Below, piece after piece: positions 13,199 to 27,709 of a DNA stretch of 64,000 bases (positions within the stretch are counted from its first letter, which is position 1; each line of letters opens with the position of its first letter). The stretch is taken from positions 744,001 through 808,000 of the forward strand of contig JAANOX010000280.1 in the NCBI GenBank assembly GCA_020184695.1, in the 5' to 3' direction. Source of the stretch: Histomonas meleagridis 2922-C6/04-290x. Taxonomy: Eukaryota; Protista; Parabasalia. A model generated the notes under the pieces. It saw only the letters and a program-made list of their open reading frames with translations, ran no database searches and had not been told where the DNA came from. The translations under genes were made by a program, and so were the position numbers.

Positions 13199-14300
13199 GG
13201 ATAATCGCTTAAATCTACCAACTTTTTAAATGACAAATATTCAATACTTTATAAAAGCTTTTTGAATAAAATTACAAAAGCAAGAAATAAAAACATTGGT
13301 ATTATAATACTTATAAAAATAAATATTTATAAGTCAGAACAATATAACAATAAGAATTAAATTTTTTATTAATATAATTTAACTCTTTAATACATTATAG
13401 GGACATTTTCAGATTCATTACCATGTTCTATAGCATGAAGATCATTTATGGTTTGATCCATAATTTCTCTTATTCGATTCGATCTGTTTGCGTTACTAAA
13501 ATACTTCTCAAACTTATTAATACATCCATTAAATAACCAGTCATTATTCAAAGCTTTTTCTTTTTTGAATGTTTGAATACTATTTGGTTGATCTGGTTGT
13601 TTATCAAAGCTTCTCCGCCATCTATTTGGAATATCGTTTAAAGTTATCAAAGGAAAATCATCCTTTAACATTTGTTCAAGCATCAAATGACGACATGGTA
13701 ATCCAAACATTTGGTGGTTTTTGCAACAATTGTTTGAAAAATTAATAGAAAGTACCCCTTTTTTTTGTAAATCAATATACTCTGATAGAATTATTGCCTG
13801 TGCATAAGAACCAATTTTTTCCATGTCATTAAAATTCATTAACTGCTCAGGTAAGCTAATCTTCTTTTCGTTAATGGATGTTAGTAATAACCTTTCACCC
13901 CTAATATATAAAGCTCTAACAAGATTTGATAATGTTTGTAATTTGTGTTCTATTAAGTTTTTCAAAGCACCAAAGAAACCCTCAATTCTATTTGTAGTCA
14001 CGTTATCACAATGTCCATAAGTAGAAATTATACTGGGAAGCCAGTGCTCCTTTTCTTGTATCAGTTTTTTGAGAAGCCTGGATGATTTTTGGTTTGGATG
14101 TTCCTGAATATTTTTCTCACATGCTTCCAAGAATTCTTATTCAGTGATTTCAAGACAACGCATCTTCTGATATAAATCAAACATTTCATTTCCCACCTTC
14201 GACTGAATATTACGACCAATATGTACAGCACAAAATATAATCATACAATTTGGAAATACTGTCTTTAAAGCTTGTATTTGCGTTTTGTTTCTGTCACAAA
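13199..14300 (-). mobile_element. 5'-truncated inverted copy of the Mutator-like element (right TIR 13199-13274)
   Basis: Reverse complement of 17267-18519 with a 151-bp deletion (18164-18314, atg microhomology). Confidence 0.9.
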
Positions 14301-14599
14301 ATTTTAAATCATACTTGATATTTTTAACAAAATCATAAAAAATTTTTTTGAGCTATTTATTAACTTGACTCTGAATCATTTTACCATGTTTTTAATAAAG
14401 GTTAAATCTATTCTATTTTTAAAGTTATTTGAAATAAATGTTAGATTTACATTATTTAAAAACCATGATTTTAAACTTTTTAACACTCATTTTAAAACAA
14501 TTGTTTTACATTGAATTAACCTTTTTAAATTTATTTTCTTTTTTATTTTATAAGACTAATTTTTTGTTTAAATTGAACCCATTAATTTTCTTTAAATAT

Positions 14600-15127
14600 T
14601 TATTTATTTAGAAGTCCTTGTTGCTGAAGGAATTCACGAGCAGACTTCATTTGATTTTCGTTTGTTATTATTTCATCAAATGTTATTTTTCCATCACCAT
14701 TTATGTCGTAGGATTGGATTTGGTCTTCGATTTCTTGCTTTGAATTTACACAAACATTTGACATCGTCATAAACTTAATAAACTCCGACCTAGTGAGATA
14801 GCCTTTGTGTCCTTCATCACAGCCATCAAAGAAAATCTTTGCAAGTGGTCCAATATTTCCAAAGTTACGCGTATACATTGAAACAAATAAATTCCAGAAT
14901 TCATCAAATGTGATTCTACCATTTTTGTCAATATCAGCAGCTTCGAACACGTGACCCGCTGCAGTGTCTGAACCATATCCCAGTTGAACATAGAAATTGA
15001 TGAATTCTTGTTTATCTAATGATCCACTAACATCGGCATCGCATCTATTAAATGCGTCCTGTGCCATTGAAAAGATTTCATCTGGACTTAATTCTCTTTC
15101 ATTAGGGTTTTTTTGTGTGTATAGCAT
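14600..15127 (-). CDS. Four-EF-hand calmodulin-like protein (diverged paralog in the fold-back spacer)
   Basis: EF loops DADVSGSLDKQEF, DIDKNGRITFDEF, DEGHKGYLTRSEF and DINGDGKITFDEI; ATG at 15127. Confidence 0.88.
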   Translation of the reverse strand: MLYTQKNPNERELSPDEIFSMAQDAFNRCDADVSGSLDKQEFINFYVQLGYGSDTAAGHVFEAADIDKNGRITFDEFWNLFVSMYTRNFGNIGPLAKIFFDGCDEGHKGYLTRSEFIKFMTMSNVCVNSKQEIEDQIQSYDINGDGKITFDEIITNENQMKSAREFLQQQGLLNK

Positions 15128-15555
15128 AACGCAGAACGTATGACAACGTAAGACGCTGTCAACCAAATAAACGGTCGTTTTAAAACAAAAAATTAATTTT
15201 TTTTTCATTTTCCTCTGAATTAAATTTAAAGAAATTAAGAAAAAATTATTATATATATCAAATTTAATAAAATTAATTTGGCTAAATTTTGTTATCTTAT
15301 TTTTTTATGATCAATCTCGAAAATTTCAAAATGCTTTTTTGGGCTTCCGAATTAAAAACAAAAGTTCAAATTTAAAATATAAATAGAACTGATAATAGTC
15401 AATATAAATTTATATAAATTTTTTTTAATTTTCATCTTGTTTTTAGATTATACAAGATTTTCTATATCTAATGACCAGAGCAAAAACTCAGAAATCTGTC
15501 TTCGCAAATTTTTATAATTTATTTGTTATGTAAATAGGATAATTCTTGAAGCAGT

Positions 15556-15655
15556 TTATTGATTATTGGAGGCTCTGGACAAAGAAGTAAAAATAACTTT
15601 TTGAATTCATTATGCGGTTACAAATCCATCAAGATTATGGTACTCAAATTTTAAT
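15556..15655 (+). pseudogene. Possible decayed P-loop GTPase N-terminal remnant
   Basis: LLIIGGSGQRSKNNFLNSLCG resembles beta1-GxxGxGKS-FLNxL but the Walker A is degenerate; surrounded by stops. Confidence 0.25.
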
Positions 15656-16357
15656 ACTTTACAAAAAAAATTTGAGAGCAAATCCATCAAGCAGAAAATG
15701 TCTAGTTTCGAAACGGGTGAGCAAGGCTTACAAGAAAAATCAGAAAATATAGTGATTAGTTACCTAATCATAAGCGATAGTAACATTTACGAAAAATTCA
15801 AAAATTATCAATGATAAGATTAAAAATTTTTCCTCCTGCCAACATTTCTTAGAAAAAATTATTAATTCATCCCAGCTCTACACCATTATAGTCAATAAAT
15901 TTGATATGCTTCAATTATATTACAATTTATCTGCAATTCATCACTTTATGTTACGTTATAATTCATTATTAGATGGAAGTCCAAATCAAAACAAAAACTG
16001 GTCAAATGATGAAATTTTTTGTTTATTATCCAAACTCGTATTAACAATTAACACATCAAATATTAAAATACCGACTAAATCAGAAAATGCATGTAGAACG
16101 AAAATTTCTTCGATAATTAATTTAATGAACAACACATCTTTATTCGAATGTTAACCTATTTCATATGAAATTCAAAGTAATTATGATGAGGATAGAGTTG
16201 ATAATAACGAAATTCAAGTTAATGCATATCAAATCGGAAGTATATTTTTTATATACACAACACATAAGAAAAAAAAAAGATTAGGGAAAAAGTTCAAAAA
16301 GAAATGTTGAAAAATAAAATGGAATTTATGAGATCTCAGGAAAAAACAAAAAATATT

Positions 16358-18519
16358 GGATAATCGCTTAAATTTACCAACTTTTTAAATGACAAATATT
16401 CAATACTTTATAAAAGCTTTTTGAATAAAATTAAACTAAGTAGGCATATTTGAACTAATACCATCAATGTACGACTATGACGATTATCAAACTTCTCCCT
16501 CTCTTCTTTCAGCTTTTAAAGATATAGATGGTGCTTTATTTCTGGATGTTCCTTCACTTATTGCAAGAGTTCGAGAAGTTTCAGATCATTTTAAATGTCG
16601 ATTCGTTTCTCTCTCAACAGGAAATTCACGCTCACTACAGATCTTTTGTTGTCAACATAGAACCACAATTTATAATTGCAAAGCTTGTGTTAGATTCAAC
16701 TATTGTCAACAAAACTAAAATTGCTACATTCCATTCATGTGATAATGTACACACGCACACAATGGGAGCACTTGTACAACATCGCATTAGAAATCATTTA
16801 ACAACTTCTCAAAAGGAGAGGATTAGATATGCTACAAGAATGGAAGTTTCTGCTTATACACTAAGAATGCAGGAAAGATTGACTTGTACAAAAGACGTTC
16901 TATATTCTGCTCGGCGCAAAGAAATAGCAGAATTAAAAAACAATGAAATGAGCAATTTATTCAATGAGATGAAAAATTGGAAAAATTGGTCTAATTCAAT
17001 TAATGTAAATAAGAAGAATAAGATGGAGTCATGCTACGTTTTTCACGATCCAATTACTCATTCGGATTATTCAAAATATATTGGTATAATAGATGATACT
17101 TCTTGTACATATTTTTTTGGAATGCCACTATTGGTTATTTTATCTGAAGATGAAAATGCAAGAAGTCAACTTTATTCATTTTCAATTATATCATCGAGAA
17201 CACTATCAGCTTTTGTAGATTATTTTACAATTGTTAAAGAAAAAGTTGGAGAAATACGTTTGTTTATTTGTGACAGAAACAAAACGCAAATACAAGCTTT
17301 AAAGACAGTATTTCCAAATTGTATGATTATATTTTGTGCTGTACATATTGGTCGTAATATTCAGTCGAAGGTGGGAAATGAAATGTTTGATTTATATCAG
17401 AAGATGCGTTGTCTTGAAATCACTGAATAAGAATTCTTGGAAGCATGTGAGAAAAATATTCAGGAACATCCAAACCAAAAATCATCCAGGCTTCTCAAAA
17501 AACTGATACAAGAAAAGGAGCACTGGCTTCCCAGTATAATTTCTACTTATGGACATTGTGATAACGTGACTACAAATAGAATTGAGGGTTTCTTTGGTGC
17601 TTTGAAAAACTTAATAGAACACAAATTACAAACATTATCAAATCTTGTTAGAGCTTTATATATTAGGGGTGAAAGGTTATTACTAACATCCATTAACGAA
17701 AAGAAGATTAGCTTACCTGAGCAGTTAATGAATTTTAATGACATGGAAAAAATTGGTTCTTATGCACAGGCAATAATTCTATCAGAGTATATTGATTTAC
17801 AAAAAAAAGGGGTACTTTCTATTAATTTTTCAAACAATTGTTGCAAAAACCACCAAATGTTTGGATTACCATGTCGTCATTTGATGCTTGAACAAATGTT
17901 AAAGGATGATTTTCCTTTGATAACTTTAAACGATATTCCAAATAGATGGCGGAGAAGCTTTGATAAACAACCAGATCAACCAAATAGTATTCAAACATTC
18001 AAAAAAGAAAAAGCTTTGAATAATGACTGGTCATTTAATGGATGTATTAATAAGTTTGAGAAGTATTTTAGTAACGCAAACAGATCGAATCGAATAAGAG
18101 AAATTATGGATCAAACCATAAATGATCTTCATGCTATAGAACATGGTAATGAATCTGAAAATGACAAAGATATATTACCTCCAGACAATCTGCTCTTACC
18201 AGGTGCACATTTTACTCATCCAAGGCAAAATGTTGAAAGACCTGGTGCTACACGAAAATGAAAGAAATATGCGTGTAGCATATGCAATTCAACAGATCAT
18301 ACTGCACCAAGATGTCCCTATAATGTATTAAAGAGTTAAATTATATTAATAAAAAATTTAATTCTTATTGTTATATTGTTCTGACTTATAAATATTTATT
18401 TTTATAAGTATTATAATACCAATGTTTTTATTTCTTGCTTTTGTAATTTTATTCAAAAAGCTTTTATAAAGTATTGAATATTTGTCATTTAAAAAGTTGG
18501 TAGATTTAAGCGATTATCC
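16358..18519 (+). mobile_element. Mutator-like (MULE) DNA transposon, 2162 bp, 76-bp TIRs
   Basis: TIR GGATAATCGCTTAAAT(T/C)TACCAAC... at 16358-16433 and its reverse complement at 18444-18519 (1 mismatch); no matching TSD seen. Confidence 0.9.
16467..18339 (+). pseudogene. MULE transposase, disrupted
   Basis: N-terminal C..C..HxH finger, DDE motifs (IIDDTS, FICDRN, CAVH, TTNRIEGFF), SWIM-like CCK..PCRH and C-terminal CSICNSTDHTAPRC knuckle; one frameshift (~16712) and in-frame stops at 17428 and 18259. Confidence 0.9.
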
Positions 18520-21500
18520 GATTTTCTTCCAAATTTATGCTTCATAAATTTCTTTTTTGAAAAGTTTACTTGATCGTTCACGATTCAACCAATATAAATT
18601 AATTAAAAAGTTAAAATGATTTAACGTTCTCTGCAAGTTTCACAAAAATTTTGTTAAGAGTGAGACTTTGTTGATAATTAGAGTTTAATGTCATCTATAT
18701 CTACTATTATTTACCAAGGCATTGAAATCATTTTATAATTTTTCAGATTTTTTCTAGATAAATTTACCAAATGATTAATTTAGTTTTTCTATCATGGAAA
18801 TCCCGAATTTTTTCTCCATACAGGTATATAAATGGGTTAGAGTTTTAATATTTTATTTTGATTCATGGATACGTAATATATTTAAATTATATCGAGAACA
18901 AACACCCCACAAATAAGCACTCAAATCAACTGCCAATTTTCGGGGCCGTCCCAAGTTGACGATAGTTATACGATATGATTTGCACTTCGAGTAAAACACA
19001 CAAATACGATGTAAAGTATAGAAATCATGCCTAAAATTAAAAATTGATTTGAAACAGCTGTAATCATTAAAATAAAAATATGATTGGTAGGTAATAAATT
19101 CCATTAGGTATTCTAAAATTTCTGAAGACAGGTTTTTTAAATTAAAGTTAAATTTAGACCATTTTCATAAATTTGTCTTGTGGATTTTTCTTTAAATGAA
19201 AGGTGTTATTGTGGGTACATTAGGTATTATCGTGATGTTGTTTTTTGGTTTGAAATCAATTTTACCTTGAGAAAAAATTATTTGAACTTTTCACTTCATC
19301 TTTGTATACAAGTAAATTATTACCTTGAAGGTATAATTATTAACAGCAGGTATGTTTTTTAATGATTGGTAATTTTTGAATTTACGATTGCTTTGATATC
19401 CATTTTTTTTTCAATTAACGTACAATTTTTGACCGTTTATTTATCCGAGCATTTCCTTCAACAATATGATCCAAAAATCACCAGCTTTTGAGATTATTTT
19501 GATCGTATTTTTTCAGAGATTTTTTTTTGCCAAATCCTATCTTAATTGAAAAATGATGTTTATCACTTATTTTGATTCAAAGGTACTTTCCACACCAATT
19601 TATGCAAATTGGAGAATAAAGTTTGAATATAAACGTTAAAAAACTTTTCCGAAAAATGTTTTCAAAAAGTTGTTATTTGAAAGGGTGTTGTTGTGTGGCA
19701 AACAGTTTCAGTGGTTTACACAAATTTACTTCACTTCTTTCCTTGGAACATGTTGTTAAGAGAGGTAGAAGATGACGAATATACTCCTGATCAGCTCTTC
19801 TCACTGGCACAAACATCATTTAATAATTGTGATGTTGATAAAAATGGCTCATTAGACTTAAAAGAATTTACACATTTTTATACATATATGGGATATGGTT
19901 CGGAAATTTCTGCAAAATATGTTTTCGAAGCTGCCGATATTGACAAAAGTGGCACAATCACATTCGATGAATTCTGGAATTTATTTATATCATTGTATAC
20001 ACGTAACTTTGGAAATATCGGTCCACTTGCAAAGATTTTCTTTGATGGGTGCGATGAAGGACACAAAGGATATCTCACTCGGACAGAGTTTAAGAAGTTT
20101 ATGATTATGTCGAATGTACGCGTGAACTCAAAAGAAGAAATCGAAGAAAATATCGATTACTACGACGAAAACGGTGACGGAAAAATTACTTTTGACGAAA
20201 TAATATCAGGCGAAAACGAGGTGAAGATGGCGCGCGAATTTGCAAAGGAACAAGGCTTAATATAAAGGCAATTTTTCCTGATTTCAAATACCATAAAAAC
20301 ACTTGATATTTATTCTTACAGATGTGGTACCTAAAATTGTGAGATTCAATGATTCATTTAATTTTTCATTCTGTGGGGAAAAATGTGAAAACATTATCAG
20401 AGAACAAAACCTGAATATTCAGTTATATATTTAGTGAGATGAATACGGAAAATATCATTTGATCAATTATTGCACTAATGAATTGATGATCTGTTTGTGT
20501 ACACAATTTCAAAAGGGAAAAGTAATTCGAATATAATAGCGATACATAAAATATTTAATGAACATGAACGAGAGTAAATATTTGATTGAAAAGTTTCATT
20601 ACATATACCTCTTGGTTATAATGTTGGGGACAAGTTCATTTAAAAATTTTGGTAATGACTGCTGGTAACCCGCAATATTAGAATATTGAAAAGATTTTTC
20701 CCCAGAAGTTAAATTATAGTGGAAAGCAAAACCTTGGCATATTCTGGAAGGCATCATCAGAAGTAAAATTTATGGACTTTATTATTGTTATCAAATTATC
20801 AGAGAAGGGAGATTTTGTCAAAAGAAATGAAATAGTGCATACGAATTTGATTAACGCTAGAAGGAGTGTCAGAGATGAGTGCCAAAACAACTCACAAGGA
20901 ACAATTTTTTTCAAAAAACAAAAAGGATTCGAAGTTTAACAGCGGCTAAAAACAAGATTTTATGTTAAACTTTTTGATACCGTGTTAAAAAAATTGGTTG
21001 TATCGATAACGCTTTTTGAATGTGATTCTGATAAAACCAATCAAATTTTATGAAAAATGATCCTTTGTACCTTTCAGAAATTCTAGTGATTAAAAATTTT
21101 TGAACATAAGAGTCAAATTTTGAAAAAATATAGAATCCCACAGGAACTTCTCAATAAAAATAGTACTTATTAGATGCTGCTGTCTACAATTATCGCAATG
21201 TTTTCAAATAGGAGATTTATCATAAGCAACGATATCATATCTGTTGATAATTTAAAAGATTCTTTTTTCTTATTAAATAAATTAAATTCAAAAACTTTCC
21301 AAATTCTGAATGTCCAAACTTACTTTTATCTGGTAAATCAAATTTGTATTAATCTTTCAAGAAAATTTTTAAGATTTTTCAATTACATCGAATATTATCA
21401 TCATCACAATTTAAATTTACTTAGAAGCCTTAATATCTCATTACTTCCTATATCTATTTTAAATGCTTTTATGGTTTTCTTTATTTTTGACAAAAACAAG

Positions 21501-22929
21501 TTTAATTTAAATAAATATTTTCGCCATAAAAAACTTGAAATCAAATATAAAAATAAAAACAAATTATTTTCATTCATATTTTTAATATTTTTTGTTCATA
21601 ATACATTCCAACTCAGTTTTGATGAAACAACTAAAACATTAACAATTTCTAATAATGTTGATTTTAACAATAAAGAATTCAAAGAAAGAGCTATTAATGT
21701 TATTATACAAGATGGAGTTAGTTATATTCCATATGAAGCATTTGAATCATATTCTTTATTACAAAATATTACAATATCAAATACAGTCACATCAATTGGT
21801 GAATCAGCATTTCGTTCATGTATTTCATTACAAAATATTACAATTCCAAATACAGTTAAAACAATTCGTAGTTATACATTTCGAGAATGTTATAATTTGA
21901 CGTCAATTACTATTGAAGAAGGAGTTGAAGAAATTTGTGATTCTGCATTTCGATCATGTATTTCATTACCAAATATTACAATTCCAAATTCAATTATAAT
22001 AATTTCTAACACATCATTTTCAGGATGTATAAAACTTCGAATGATAATCGTATCATTAAATAATTCGAAATATTCTAATTATGATAATGATGGAATTCTT
22101 TATAACAAAAAAACATCACAGAACTTCATTGTTATCCAAATGGTAAAGAAACAATATCAATTCCAAACACTGTGACAACAATTCAATCATCAGCATTTGA
22201 AGGATCTTCAATACGAAATATTACAATTCCAAATACTATTAAAACGATTAGAACAAGAGCATTTTATTTATGTTCTAATTTGATTACAGTTAATATTGAA
22301 GAAGGCGTTGAAGAAATTGGAGAATTAGCATTTTCAACATGTACTTCATTACAAAATATTACAATTCCAAATACAATTAAAACAATTGGAACAATGGCAT
22401 TTTACACATCTTCTAATTTAATTACAGTTAATATTGAAGAAGGCGTTGAAACAATTGGAACAATGGCATTTGAATCATGTACTTCATTACAAAATATCAC
22501 AATTCCAAGAACAATTAAAACAATTGAATCAAGAGCATTTTATTTATGTTCTAATATGATTACAGTTAATATTGAAGAAGGCGTTGAAACAATTGGCGAA
22601 TTAGCATTTTCAAAGTGTAATAAACTCAAATGCATTTATTATTATGGTGAAACAGAACCAAATATCAGTTTAAATTCATTTGATTCAGTTGAAGCTATTG
22701 TAATTACATCAAATGCATATGAATCAAACACATTTGGGACATTAAATGTTTCACGAGGTACAACTATTGAAGGGTGTCGTCCATGGCCCACGAATTCATT
22801 CACATCATCGCACTCATTCTCTAATACATTCACAAAATCAATGACTTACATAAATACAAACACATTCACAAATACAAATACATTTACCAAATCAACCACA
22901 TTCACATCATACGATGCCAACATCACTTT
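17267..22929. repeat. Right inner arm of inverted duplication (pairs with 8459-14300)
   Basis: Near identity over 17.3-21.0 kb; more substitutions toward the BspA gene. Confidence 0.92.
19750..20265 (+). CDS. Four-EF-hand calmodulin-like protein
   Basis: 171 aa from ATG 19750; four canonical EF loops. Confidence 0.9.
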   Translation: MLLREVEDDEYTPDQLFSLAQTSFNNCDVDKNGSLDLKEFTHFYTYMGYGSEISAKYVFEAADIDKSGTITFDEFWNLFISLYTRNFGNIGPLAKIFFDGCDEGHKGYLTRTEFKKFMIMSNVRVNSKEEIEENIDYYDENGDGKITFDEIISGENEVKMAREFAKEQGLI

Positions 22930-23356
22930 CGCACTTACTCTTACACATACATTATCGCGCGTCCCGTCACTATTGAACTCATTCACGATGACTATGATTG
23001 TTTCTGAATACGTTTACATCACAACAGATTTTGTTTACTATGAATACACAATGATAACATACACATTCTACATAAGTTTTCCCAACAACTTCATTACATT
23101 AATTTCCACAACATTACAAGCTAAGAATGGAATATCGAACGAAGCAATCATTGCAATTGTATGCGCTTCGATCGCTGTCGTATTACTTACCATTGGTATT
23201 GTTATTTTTATAGTCAAGCGCAGTAAAAGCAATAAGCCAATAGAGGAAAGAAGTGAAAATGGTATTGCGACTTCTTCAAATACTGAAACTAAAGTCGAGG
23301 TAATAAATCAGGACGTGAGACAATTGATAAATGACGAGGAAGATAAATGGATTTAA
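21174..23356 (+). CDS. BspA-like surface protein, copy 2 (frameshift at A-run ~22105)
   Basis: TpLRR repeats, stalk, TM helix and distinct cytosolic tail (...EEDKWI); single IGESAF unit; start position uncertain. Confidence 0.8.
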
Positions 23357-23903
23357 TATTAAGAAAATTTGCGTAATAAAAAAAAAATAATTAATTGTAA
23401 ATTTAAAGAGTTTAATTGTGTATAAGTTGTTTCAAATATATGTGAATAAGTATAACATTACGTGTTGAATAATGAGATTTAAGTGTTTAAAGTCAAGAAG
23501 ATATAACAGAGAACGGTTTAAAACTTAAGTAAGTGACGATAATTTCACCATGTTACATTTGAGTACATAATCGAAAGAAATATCAAATTGACATTTTTAA
23601 ATTGGATTAAAAAAAATGAAAATAACTCCAAACATTTAGATAATTTCCATGTTTCAGGCATCATATAGTCTTAATCTTTATACGTAAAAAAGAAATATGT
23701 ATATTATATAACGTATTCTTTAACGAAAAAAAAAATTAATAAATAAATAAAATTCTGAAAAATGAAGGATGATTGTTTTAATATTCCTCGTGATAATTTT
23801 CATCTAACATACATATTAGGAATTTGTACAATTTAATCGCAGAACATGAGATGTTATTTTTGACAGTTAGTGTAGGAACTACACTTCATTGGTTCAAGAA
23901 TTA

Positions 23904-25422
23904 CAGTTAGGGATTTAAACGTGTCCCATGAATTAAAGTTGTCCCATACGTTTACACTTAGATGTCAGAAATTTTTGAAACAAACATAAATATCTCATTT
24001 ATTTATTGGTTTTAATAATTTATATTTATAAAAATAATTTAAATTATTCTTTTGAGTATAAATATTCATTTGAACTATGATATCTCATATAGATAAGAAA
24101 AAAAGTGCAATTTAATTTTTATTGCAAAAGTTGATTTATTTCATCTTCATCTTCATATTTTGGAGTTTCGTTGCTAATTAAAGTACAACCAGGTGGAAGG
24201 TATTCAGAATTCACGATGCCGAATTTGTGTTGCCTATTCTTTTTGACTTCATCGATATTTATATTAAAATTCCAAAGTTCATGAAAACCCGGATTCGAAA
24301 CCAGCTCTTTGGCAACAAATTCGACAACTCTCTTACCAGCAACAGTTTTAGTACTTATTCCTGCCCTTCTGAAAGCCCCACGAATGTTAAATGATGTTGT
24401 GGTCTGCTCGTATGCCTTTAATATGACAATAATTGCATTTTCTACCATTTTTTGGCTTTCTTCATCTTCAACAGTATTTTTGATTTTGTAAAAACGCCAA
24501 ATAATGACAAATCAAATGCTTGTGGTATGGGAAGGAAAACATAAAACAATAATTTTATTTTCTCCTAGAACTTTTAGAATATCAAAGTTACAATGCGCAC
24601 CAAATGAATCCATTAATAAAATTGCTTCATACTCTTTAACTTCATATTTTTCTTCTACACATTTGACATATGGAATCAATACATCATTAATATATTCATT
24701 AAATAACTCAGAATCAACGTAAGGTGAATTTCGAATACAGATCATTACATATTCATCTTGTCGTAAACCGTTTATCCATAAATCATCACTATATATATGT
24801 TTGGTTATTAATATGGGAGTAAGAGCATCACCTGCTGCTGAAACACATGTAAGGAGTGTCATATGAGTTACTTTTCTTGTTGAATAATGATGAACATTGT
24901 TTGAGTTAATTTTAGCATCAACAAAAACTTTCTTCGGTTTTCAATCTTCCCAAGATGATATTCCTACTTCATCTAAATTAAAAACTAATTCTGTTAACCT
25001 TCCATCCACATGTTTATGCATGTATTGAAAGTGTTCTCTTAAATGCCCTTCAGGAACTGTCATTCTTGTGTCTTCTTGAGGAAGTGATGCACATTTTTTG
25101 ATTTTATCTATATTTCGAAGATAAAATTGATTTATCCATCCCTTTGTTAAAGATAAATCAAATATTTTTTTGATAAAATATAATATCTGCCTTTGGGTCA
25201 TTGCATGATTTTTATTGAATGAATCAATAATTGCTTGAACAATTATTTCTTCTTTATCTTCATCTAATGCTCTATGTCGACCTAAAGGTTTTGGATCTTG
25301 TGGGCATATCTGGTGTTAATGTTGACATTGTGGAAAATGAGGTTTTATTGAAGATTATTTATTGACGTATTTTAACGTATGCGACCACTTTGATTCCTGG
25401 GACACGTTTTGATCCCTAACTG
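23904..25422 (-). mobile_element. pogo/Tc1-mariner superfamily DNA transposon, decayed, 1519 bp
   Basis: 49-bp TIRs CAGTTAGGGAT... (23904-23952 and 25374-25422, 6 mismatches), TA on both sides; DDE_1-type fragments FNLDEVG, LLMDSFGAH and FPSHTTS; the QPLD block with the third Asp is missing. Confidence 0.9.
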
Positions 25423-25701
25423 TATGAAAGAATTTGGTGGAAAATTAAATTTTTTTGAGATAGCACAAGTTTTAATAATAAGTCAGAATAATGAAGAAGA
25501 AGCTATAAATATCCTTCGCACAATGATATAAAATAACGATTAAATAAAATAATAATTTTAACATAAGTTTTTTTTAAATAAATTTTTAATAATTTTAGTT
25601 TTTTTTTTTTGTAAAGACGTTAAATGACTTCACATGTTTTGTTTATAGACATGTGACATGAAATATTATTAAAAAAAAAAATTAAATTTAAAAATAATTA
25701 A

Positions 25702-27372
<1,671 letters not shown>

Positions 27373-27709
27373 ATAAATAAATAAATAATAAATGAAAAAA
27401 ATTTTAATAATTTTGATTCAAAGTTAAATGTAACAAGAGTAACTCCCATGAGACATTATTGTTTTTCAAGGGATTTGATCTGATTTCATGATCATAGGAG
27501 AACGTTAGATGCATGCCAAGTAAGCAAAAGTGCATCTTCACTTTTTCTGTCAAAAACTTCCTCGATAGACACTTTTCTGGATGACTTTTTGTGAAGAAAT
27601 AAATTGACTTTTCGGTTGTGAAAAGTAATTTCACTCAAAATTGACACGTTTATTTTTTATTGTTTAACTCAATTAAACTTGAAAAAATCATTTTGAAAAC
27701 AATATCTTA

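Larger units (their letters stand above)
2281..14300. repeat. Left arm of large inverted duplication (reverse complement of 17267-22929 joined to 29763-36103)
   Basis: Breakpoints read directly: 2281 aaacgtcctcc pairs with 36103; 14300 ctgtcacaaa pairs with 17267 tttgtgacag; many ORF-track translations are identical or nearly so in opposite orientation. Confidence 0.95.

Noticed and set aside
17428-18261. Stop-codon reassignment suggested by in-frame TAA/TGA in the transposase
   Set aside because: Housekeeping genes in the window use these codons as normal terminators and have no internal stops; the transposase is simply decayed.
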